Origin: Abditibacterium sp.
GTDB lineage: Bacteria; Armatimonadota; Abditibacteriia; Abditibacteriales; Abditibacteriaceae
Length of the DNA: 64,000 nt
Assembly (NCBI GenBank): GCA_965246885.1
Contig: OZ251992.1
Span: 2,112,001-2,176,000 of the forward strand
Direction: 5' to 3'
Both the position numbers and the translations under genes were made by a program. Below are positions 57,215 through 64,000 of this stretch, piece after piece. The notes beneath the pieces are model-generated. The model saw nothing but the letters and a program-made list of their open reading frames with translations. It had not been told where the DNA came from and did not search any database. Each line of letters opens with the position of its first letter. Positions within the stretch are counted from its first letter, which is position 1.

Positions 57215-59035
57215 ATGAAACTGACTCCTGTTGGAAAAGTCGTCGCCCTCATCCTCGTGGCGGGCGGCGCGGTAGGCGTGTGGAAAAGCTGGAGCAAAAT
57301 TGCGCCCAGTGCGGCCACCAAACCCTCCGTTGGCGTGGGCAAGGTGGAACTGCCTGCGGGCAAAGTGGATTCGGGGGCAAGCGGCGACATCCAACCCGTC
57401 GCGGTTGCGCTGGGCGACACCTCGCCCGGATGTCCCGGCGACCCTGAAGTGCGCTTGCAGGGCTACGCTTGGAACGCGCAGCAAGGCATGCTCCTCGCCG
57501 TTGGCGGCACGCAAGCGACGGCGGGAAGCCTGATGTGCCAGAACGGAATTAACTTCAAGTGGAGCCGCCAAGACGACAACTCCAAGCTGCAAGAAGCGCT
57601 CGTTGCGTTCGCTACGCGGCTCAAAGCGGGCGACCAGAACCCGACGGCGGGCGCGCATTTCGTCACCATCATGGGCGATGGCGGCGCCGCGTTCCTCACG
57701 CCTCTCAACGAGACGCTGCGCAAAATCGGGCCAGAGTATCAAGCGAAGATTATAGATGTTACGGGTTACTCGCACGGCGAGGACAAGCTGATGGGGCCGG
57801 TCGCGTGGCGCGACACCCCCGCCGCGTCCAAGGGGGGCGTGGTGGCGGGTGTTATCCGCGATGGCGACTGGAACATCGCCCAAAAGTGGCTGGGCGACAA
57901 CGGACTCAAGACCAACCCCGACGAGAAAACCTACGACCCCGACGCCCTCAACTGGATCAACGCGAGCGACTATATAGACGCGGGCGAGAAATACGTCGCG
58001 GGCTACACCGAAACCCGCCCCGTCGTGCGCAATGGCGTCAAGACCGGCGAAACCAAGCAGATCAAGGTGGACGGCGTGGTGACGTGGACGCCCGGCGATG
58101 TCAACGTCGCCACCAAAAAGGGCGGCCTCGTGTCCATCGTTTCGACGCGCGAATACTCCTCGCAAATGCCGTGCGTCGTGATTGGCATAGACAAATGGTG
58201 CAAAGCCAACCGCCCCCTCGTCCAAAAGATGATCGCCGCCATCGGTGAGGGCGGGCGCCAAATCCAATCCAACCCGGCGGCGCTCGACCGCGCCTCGCAG
58301 ATTGCCGCTCTCGCCTTCAACGAAAAGGGCGCCGACGCGTCCTACTGGAAGAAGTACTTTACCGGCGTCACGCAAAACGATAAGACCGGTCAGCCCGTCG
58401 CGCTTGGCGGCTCGTCGGTCAGCAACCTCGGCGACTCGCTCAACGAGATGGGCTTGGTGCCCGGCTCGGCGAACTTGGTGGGCGCAACGTACACCGTGTT
58501 CGGGCAAATCGTTTCGGCGCAATATCCCGAATTGCTCCGCTCTGTCCCGCCCGAAGCGAGCGTGATAGACACGTCGTATCTGAGCGCGCTGGCGAAAGGC
58601 GGCGCATCGGGTGGCCCGCGCATTGTTCCGGTCAAAGCGCCGGTTTACGCAAAGCCCAAACCCGGCGTCAAACCGCTACCGGTGGTGTCCACAACGCAAT
58701 TGAACATTCAGTTCAACGCGAGCAAGGACACCTTTACGCCGCAAGCCAAAGCGCAACTGCTGCAACTCGCGCGCAGCCTACTGATTGCGGGCGGCACGAC
58801 CATCGAAGTTCACGGCCATACCGACAACGCGGGTGACCCGCGCAAGTCCATGCCTTTGTCCGAAGCGCGCGCTTTCGCCGTGAAAAATTATCTGGAGCAT
58901 TTGTCGCCCAGGAACTTTCCTGAAGGCCGTATCCAAACCTTCGCGCACGGCGAAACGCAGCCGCTCGTGCCGAACTCCTCGCCCGAAAACCGCGCGAAGA
59001 ACCGGCGAGTGACCATTATTCTGCGCGCGGCGTGA
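57215..59035 (+). CDS. ABC substrate-binding protein (NMT1/TauA-like) fused to C-terminal OmpA-like peptidoglycan-binding domain
   Basis: TM anchor; binding domain (SHGEDK, VTWTP); EVHGHTDN.G....LSEARAFAV...GETQP...KNRRV. Confidence 0.88.
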   Translation: MKLTPVGKVVALILVAGGAVGVWKSWSKIAPSAATKPSVGVGKVELPAGKVDSGASGDIQPVAVALGDTSPGCPGDPEVRLQGYAWNAQQGMLLAVGGTQATAGSLMCQNGINFKWSRQDDNSKLQEALVAFATRLKAGDQNPTAGAHFVTIMGDGGAAFLTPLNETLRKIGPEYQAKIIDVTGYSHGEDKLMGPVAWRDTPAASKGGVVAGVIRDGDWNIAQKWLGDNGLKTNPDEKTYDPDALNWINASDYIDAGEKYVAGYTETRPVVRNGVKTGETKQIKVDGVVTWTPGDVNVATKKGGLVSIVSTREYSSQMPCVVIGIDKWCKANRPLVQKMIAAIGEGGRQIQSNPAALDRASQIAALAFNEKGADASYWKKYFTGVTQNDKTGQPVALGGSSVSNLGDSLNEMGLVPGSANLVGATYTVFGQIVSAQYPELLRSVPPEASVIDTSYLSALAKGGASGGPRIVPVKAPVYAKPKPGVKPLPVVSTTQLNIQFNASKDTFTPQAKAQLLQLARSLLIAGGTTIEVHGHTDNAGDPRKSMPLSEARAFAVKNYLEHLSPRNFPEGRIQTFAHGETQPLVPNSSPENRAKNRRVTIILRAA

Positions 59036-59044
59036 GGCATCATT

Positions 59045-59926
59045 ATGAACTCCACTCCCACCGACGGGGCGCCCGCCGTCATTGCGGGCGCGCATTCATC
59101 TGCCGCCTTGCATGTGGGCGACCGCAAGCCGCGAAAGACGGATGGGCCGCTCGCGCTGTTTCTGCCCAACCGCCGCGTTTCGATGTCGGCTTTGCTCCTC
59201 GCGGGGTTGGTCGAGGCGGGGCTGTTCCTCGTTTTGTGGCTACTCAGTCCGTTTGATGTCCTCCCCAAGCCGCTTGAAGTCGTGTCGGCGTTGGGCCGCT
59301 TGTGGACGACGCAGGGCATGGGACAGGAGTTGGCGACTTCGTTCGGCCTCAACTTGCAAGCCCTGCTATGGTCGAGCCTCATCTCGTTGGGGCTGGCGTA
59401 TCTCACGGTGCTCCCGGTGTTTCGCCCGTTTGTGGCGGCGTTTTCCAAGGGGCGCTTTCTGTCTCTGGCGGGCTTCACCTTCATCTTTACGCTCGTTGTG
59501 GGCGGCGGGCGACCGCTTCAAATCTCCCTGCTGACGTTCGCCATCACCGTGTTTTACGTCACTTCGATGGCATCGGTCATTGCCGCCATTCCCAGAGCGG
59601 AGTTTGAGCATGCGCGCACGCTTCGCATGAGCGAGGGGCGCATCGTGTGGGAAGTGGTGATTTTGGGAACGGCGGACAAGGCTTTTGAAGTGCTGCGCCA
59701 AAACGCGGCGATGGGCTGGATGATGCTGTCGCTCATTGAAGGGATAGTGCGCTCCGGTGGCGGCATCGGCGCGATGCTTCTCGCAGAGTCGCACCATTTT
59801 ATGCTGGCCGAAGTGTTCGCTATCCAACTGGTGATTTTAGTTGTGGGGATGATGCAGGACTTCGCCATCGAGTGGCTGCGCCGCCTCTTGTGCCCGTATT
59901 CCGCCCTGACGCTGGAGCGCCCATGA
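59045..59926 (+). CDS. ABC transporter permease (TauC/SsuC-like)
   Basis: LPKPLEV, several TM helices, EAA-like EHARTLRMS, GGIGAML. Confidence 0.9.
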   Translation: MNSTPTDGAPAVIAGAHSSAALHVGDRKPRKTDGPLALFLPNRRVSMSALLLAGLVEAGLFLVLWLLSPFDVLPKPLEVVSALGRLWTTQGMGQELATSFGLNLQALLWSSLISLGLAYLTVLPVFRPFVAAFSKGRFLSLAGFTFIFTLVVGGGRPLQISLLTFAITVFYVTSMASVIAAIPRAEFEHARTLRMSEGRIVWEVVILGTADKAFEVLRQNAAMGWMMLSLIEGIVRSGGGIGAMLLAESHHFMLAEVFAIQLVILVVGMMQDFAIEWLRRLLCPYSALTLERP

Positions 59927-60750
59927 CCGATTATTCCTACCAATTGCGCGAAACGCTCGTTCACCTCGAAGGCGTTTCCAAGAGCTACGACGGCGTGCCC
60001 GTCCTACGCGACGTGAACATCGAAGTGAAGAACCTCGTGCGCCCCGAATGTCAGCAGGGGCAAGTCGTGGCGCTTCTGGGGCCGTCCGGCATGGGCAAGA
60101 CCACGCTGTTCCGCATCTTGGCCGGATTGGAGGTGCCCGATGCCGGACAGGTGCTGGTTGGCGCCGAGCAGAAACCCGTCCGGCGTGGGCAAATCGGCGT
60201 CGTGGCGCAGAACTACCCGCTTTTTGCGCACCGCACCGTCATGGGCAACCTCATGGTCGCGGGCGCGCAGGTCGGCTTGCGCGGAAGTGACGCCAAGGCC
60301 AAGGCCAGCGACTTGCTCGCGCGCTTTGGCATGGACGGGCAGGGGAGTAAATACCCCTCGCAACTGTCGGGCGGGCAAAAGCAGCGCGCCGCCATCGCGC
60401 AGCAGTTCATGTGCTCCGACGCTTTCTTGCTGATGGACGAGCCGTTTTCCGGCCTCGACATTCTCGCGCAGGAAACGCTCATCCGCTTTATCCGCGACAT
60501 CGCCGCCCACGACGAACTGATGACGTTCATTCTCATTACGCACGACATCTCCGCCGCGCTCCAAATCGCCGATACCGTGTGGGTCTTGGGCCGCGACCGC
60601 GATGAAGCGGGCCGCCCTGTTTCCGGCGCGCGCGTGCAAGCGAGCTTCAACCTCATCGAGCGCGGCTTGGCGTGGCACGAGGACATTGCCGCACTGCCGG
60701 AGTTCGCCCTCTTGCGGCGGGAAATCCGCGACTCCTTCGCGCGCTTGTAA
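59923..60750 (+). CDS. ABC transporter ATP-binding protein (TauB/SsuB-like)
   Basis: GPSGMGKT, LSGGQ, LLMDEPFSGLD, ITHD; ATGA coupling at 59923. Confidence 0.95.
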   Translation: MTDYSYQLRETLVHLEGVSKSYDGVPVLRDVNIEVKNLVRPECQQGQVVALLGPSGMGKTTLFRILAGLEVPDAGQVLVGAEQKPVRRGQIGVVAQNYPLFAHRTVMGNLMVAGAQVGLRGSDAKAKASDLLARFGMDGQGSKYPSQLSGGQKQRAAIAQQFMCSDAFLLMDEPFSGLDILAQETLIRFIRDIAAHDELMTFILITHDISAALQIADTVWVLGRDRDEAGRPVSGARVQASFNLIERGLAWHEDIAALPEFALLRREIRDSFARL

Positions 60751-60783
60751 GGGCACGCGGTTCGCTTAACTACAGGAAAGACT

Positions 60784-61623
60784 ATGAAGAACCGTTACTT
60801 GGCCGCCTTGCAGGAAAACGCTAACCTCATCGGCATGGCGTCGGTGGTGGCGCTGTCGGCGGCGACGGGCGCGTGGGTGTTGCTCCTTGCGGGTGTGGTC
60901 GCCGAGGCCGCGTATCTCATCTTCGTGCCCGACTCCAAGTGGTTCGAGAAGCGGTTGTCGGCGCAGCACGACGCCGAAATCGAAGCGCACCGCCAGAAAA
61001 TCAAGCTCGAAACCCTGCCGCGCCTGCGCCCCAGCCTACGCGCGCGCTTCGAGAAGTTGGAAACCGCGCGCGCCGGAATCGAGCGCCAAGCCGCGCCGGA
61101 CAAGAAGTGGATGCGCGAAGTGCTGCGCAAGCTCGACTTCCTGCTCGAAAAGTTTCTCCAATTCGCCTTGAAGGATCAGCAATTCCGCAATTACCTTTTC
61201 GAGGCGCAGCAGGAAATCCACCCCACGCCCACTCCGCGCGGCGCCGACCCGCTCGAACTCAACGACAAATGGACGCGCGACTGCGTGCAGTTTTTGCAAG
61301 CCTCCTACACGCGCGACCTCGACCAATTGCAAGCCCAGCGCGACGACGAGACGGACGACTCCACCAAAGCCATCCTCGAAAAGCGCCTCGAAGTGCTGGG
61401 CAGGCGCCGTGACTTCATTGCCCGCATCGGGAAAATTGTCGCCAACCTCACGCAGCAGTTGGCGCTGTTGGAGGACACCTTCGGCCTCATTTCCGACGAA
61501 CTGCTCGCCCGCGCGCCCGAACAAGTGCTCGGCGACATAGACGACGTGGTGAGCCAAACCAACGCCATGACGCAGGTCTTGGAAGAACTCGCTCCTTTTG
61601 AAAGGATGCTGTCGAACGTGTAA
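60784..61623 (+). CDS. Hypothetical protein: two N-terminal TM helices + coiled coil
   Basis: Hydrophobic hairpin followed by heptad-rich helices; AGGA RBS. Confidence 0.8.
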   Translation: MKNRYLAALQENANLIGMASVVALSAATGAWVLLLAGVVAEAAYLIFVPDSKWFEKRLSAQHDAEIEAHRQKIKLETLPRLRPSLRARFEKLETARAGIERQAAPDKKWMREVLRKLDFLLEKFLQFALKDQQFRNYLFEAQQEIHPTPTPRGADPLELNDKWTRDCVQFLQASYTRDLDQLQAQRDDETDDSTKAILEKRLEVLGRRRDFIARIGKIVANLTQQLALLEDTFGLISDELLARAPEQVLGDIDDVVSQTNAMTQVLEELAPFERMLSNV

Positions 61624-61659
61624 TGGGCAAGCGTCCTCACCCCATAAACTCCCCCTCCA

Positions 61660-62370
61660 ATGAGCCTTCTTTCCAAAGCCATGTCGCTGTTAGTCGAGCA
61701 AGCGCCCAAGCCCAATATTTCCAGCTTGCGCTCGGACGACATCACCACCGACGACATCCCGCTCCCCGCCGACGCGCGCTTGAGCTACGAGATGGACACG
61801 CCGCGCCCTAAGTCTGTCGCCGACATCGCGCGCGAAACCGACGGCCCCGACCTCGACAAGGTTCAGGTAGACGGCGCCGCCGTGCCCGCAACCAGCGCCG
61901 ATAAGCCGCTCGACTTTCCCGCCATCTACCGCGCCGCCAAACTGCCCGAAGCCGAAGTGGGCGCGGAGAAGATACTGGAAATGCTCGCCTCGCTCCCGCA
62001 AGAGTTGCCGCTCGAAACCAAGCGCGCCACCGTCAAAGCGATGCTGTCCACCTTCGCCAAGACGACCGGCGCCACGCCGGAAACCCTCGTCGCCGACGCT
62101 TCGCGCAAACTCGCCGCGCTCCAGTCGTTCTCGACGTTCATGGAAAAGAAGACGACCGACACCATCACGGCAGGCGAAGCCGCCATCAACGACCTGCAAG
62201 CCCAAATCGAAGCCAAACGCACCGAACTTCTGCAAGCCCGCACGGAACTGGCGCGCGTGCAGCAGTCCTGCGAGAGCGAGGCCCACCGCCTCGACGACGT
62301 GCTGGAGTTCTTCTCCCTCGACCAAGGCGCCTCCAAATACGCGCCGGGAAGCGCGGGCGCCGCCGCGTGA
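61660..62370 (+). CDS. Hypothetical cytoplasmic coiled-coil protein
   Basis: Genome-typical codon usage; C-terminal coiled coil. Confidence 0.8.
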   Translation: MSLLSKAMSLLVEQAPKPNISSLRSDDITTDDIPLPADARLSYEMDTPRPKSVADIARETDGPDLDKVQVDGAAVPATSADKPLDFPAIYRAAKLPEAEVGAEKILEMLASLPQELPLETKRATVKAMLSTFAKTTGATPETLVADASRKLAALQSFSTFMEKKTTDTITAGEAAINDLQAQIEAKRTELLQARTELARVQQSCESEAHRLDDVLEFFSLDQGASKYAPGSAGAAA

Positions 62371-62723
62371 AAGACGGCGCGGCCCCGCCCGAGGACACCT
62401 TTTACTGTGCCCGTTGCCAGACCGTGTTCGCCGACAGGCCGCTCTTTTGCCCGAACTGCGACTCGCTCAAGAAACAGCGCGCCCAATCGAAAGGAACAAG
62501 CGGCTCCTTGTTTCGCTACCTCTGCCTGCTTTTCCTTGTGCCGGGTCTGCTGTCGGCTGTGGTGGGGATAGTTTTCTGGCCGTTCCTCTTCTTCGCTATC
62601 CCGTTCCTTCTGCTGTTTGCCGTGTTCGGAGCAATGGCGGGAGTGCCCGCGCTGTGGGAAGATGTGCGCGATTTAGAGGGGCAATTCAGAGGGTGGCAAT
62701 GCCGAGTGGAAGAGGACGACTAA
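62367..62723 (+). CDS. Small Zn-ribbon + two-TM protein
   Basis: CARC...CPNC, two hydrophobic helices; GTGA overlap. Confidence 0.65.
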   Translation: MKDGAAPPEDTFYCARCQTVFADRPLFCPNCDSLKKQRAQSKGTSGSLFRYLCLLFLVPGLLSAVVGIVFWPFLFFAIPFLLLFAVFGAMAGVPALWEDVRDLEGQFRGWQCRVEEDD

Positions 62724-62810
62724 CTGGCGCCCGCGCCCTGTGCGCCCGCACGCCCCGTTGTGGCTAAAATAGTTCTGGTGTAAATCCGTCCGTCCCGCGT
62801 CTTTTCAATC

Positions 62811-63569
62811 ATGCTCAAACGCATTTCTAACGTCTTCAAAGCTATCCTCAATATGTTCGTGTCCGGCGCCGAGCGCGCCAACCCGAAGATGATGCTGGAG
62901 CAGGAGAAAGAGAACCTGCGCGTCCAAATCGCGCACTACAATCAGGGCCTCGCCACGCACGCCGGGTTGTGCGAGCGCTTGATGAGCAACGTCAAGCGCC
63001 TCGAAGCGCAGGAAAAGGACGAACGCGCCAAAGCGGGAGCCAACCTGCGCGCCGGAAACCGCGAATTGGCGGGCCAATACGCCCTCCAACTCCAAGCCAC
63101 GACCGGGCGTTTGGCCGAAGAGCGCGCGCAATTGGAAGGCGCCGAAAAGACCTACCGCGACCTCGTCAAGACGCGCGACATCACCGTCGCCGACGCCAAA
63201 AAGAAGATCGAGGACTTGAAGTACGCCATCGGTGACCTCGAAGTCAAGCGCGCCACCGCCGAAATGATGGAAATGGCGGGCGGCATGATTTCTTCAATTG
63301 GCGGGTCGGGCGACACGCTCAACCGCCTCGAAGAAATGGTCGGCGAGGAGCGCGAAAAAGCCGGAGGCCGCGCCCGCGTCGCCAAAGACTCGCTCAACAC
63401 CACCGACTTCCAAGCCAAAGAATCGGAACACGCCGCCCTCGCCGACCAAGCCCTCGCCGACTTCGCCGCCGCCGAAGGCATGGCCCTCGACCCCGCCATG
63501 CCCTCCGATTCGGGCACCCCCGGCGCCGCTAAGAAAATGGGACAACAGGGGCAGAGCGCGAGTGGGTGA
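62811..63569 (+). CDS. pspA: PspA/IM30-family protein
   Basis: MLKRISNVFKA amphipathic helix, NP.MMLEQ, A.A.LRAGNRELA, long coiled coil, LNRLEEMV. Confidence 0.88.
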   Translation: MLKRISNVFKAILNMFVSGAERANPKMMLEQEKENLRVQIAHYNQGLATHAGLCERLMSNVKRLEAQEKDERAKAGANLRAGNRELAGQYALQLQATTGRLAEERAQLEGAEKTYRDLVKTRDITVADAKKKIEDLKYAIGDLEVKRATAEMMEMAGGMISSIGGSGDTLNRLEEMVGEEREKAGGRARVAKDSLNTTDFQAKESEHAALADQALADFAAAEGMALDPAMPSDSGTPGAAKKMGQQGQSASG

Positions 63570-63585
63570 TTCTTCCGCGCAAGCG

Positions 63586-63619
63586 CAAACCCCGCAACTC
63601 GATGGAGACGCGGGGTTTG
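63586..63619. terminator. Hairpin terminator after pspA
   Basis: caaaccccgc / gcggggtttg stem between convergent genes. Confidence 0.75.
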
Positions 63620-63621
63620 GT

Positions 63622-63999
63622 TTAGCTGGTTGTCTTGATGGGATAACCGAGGACGGCGGTGTCCACCGTGATAATCGTCAAATCGTGTTGCAGCGCCTGA
63701 CAAATCAAGATGCGGTCGAACGGATCACGATGCAGGGATAGCAAGGTCGGCAAGTAAGAAACGGTCTGTTCGTCAATAGCCAGCGTTGCGATTCGGTGCT
63801 TTTGTCGTTGTTCGGGAATGAATATCTCTGGCGATGCGGGCAAAGGCAACTTGCCGATTTGATGCTTGACGACAATCTCCCACACCGACGCCGCACTCAG
63901 ATAAACCTCGTTTTGCGGGTCGCGGATAAGAGACGAGGTCGCATTGGATAGCTGCCTATCGCTCGTGATGAACCACAGAAAGATATGAGTGTCGAGGAG
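63622..63999 (-). CDS. vapC: VapC-family PIN toxin, 5' end beyond the window
   Basis: Frame extends to LLDTHIFLW; SAASVWEI..K, HRDPFDRILICQA, ITVD. Confidence 0.92.
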   Translation of the reverse strand, partial: LLDTHIFLWFITSDRQLSNATSSLIRDPQNEVYLSAASVWEIVVKHQIGKLPLPASPEIFIPEQRQKHRIATLAIDEQTVSYLPTLLSLHRDPFDRILICQALQHDLTIITVDTAVLGYPIKTTS

Positions 64000-64000
64000 G

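Noticed and set aside
52952..58522. ORFs 52952-54589 (+), 55502-56431 (-) and 57095-58522 (-)
   Set aside because: Antisense shadows of sufB and the two binding-protein genes.

Overview
A GC-rich (roughly 60-65% by eye) bacterial chromosomal segment. Its gene content (DUF1559/H-X9-DG prepilin-like proteins, GntR-LacI hybrid regulators, DUF1800/DUF1501, tandem secretins) suggests an Armatimonadota/Abditibacteriota-like organism; this is inference, not a database result. Housekeeping content: pyruvate dehydrogenase (aceE separated from aceF-lpdA by about 17.5 kb), cysDN, hisD, leuD, sufBCDS, four tRNAs (Phe, Asp, 2x Val) and a DegT aminotransferase. Accessory content: three tandem secretin genes, three toxin-antitoxin loci (one a collapsed hicA-hicB fusion), an HNH nuclease with a possible EVE/PUA-like domain, WD40 and RCC1 propellers, HD-GYP and cyclase-STAND signalling proteins. 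The strongest candidates for undescribed systems are: (1) a family of five intergenic 6-8-unit arrays with an exact 21-bp period and a shared YGYS-N7-GAH register, plus an in-frame copy inside a DUF1800 gene; (2) two independent 'GntR-LacI regulator + pilin-like DUF1559 protein + glycoside hydrolase' modules that look like pilin-based polysaccharide utilisation loci; (3) an eight-gene cluster linking two binding proteins with an identical MKLTPVGK start, an OmpA-tethered ABC importer and PspA. No CRISPR array, integrase, transposase or rRNA was seen. All functional calls come from motif recognition by eye.
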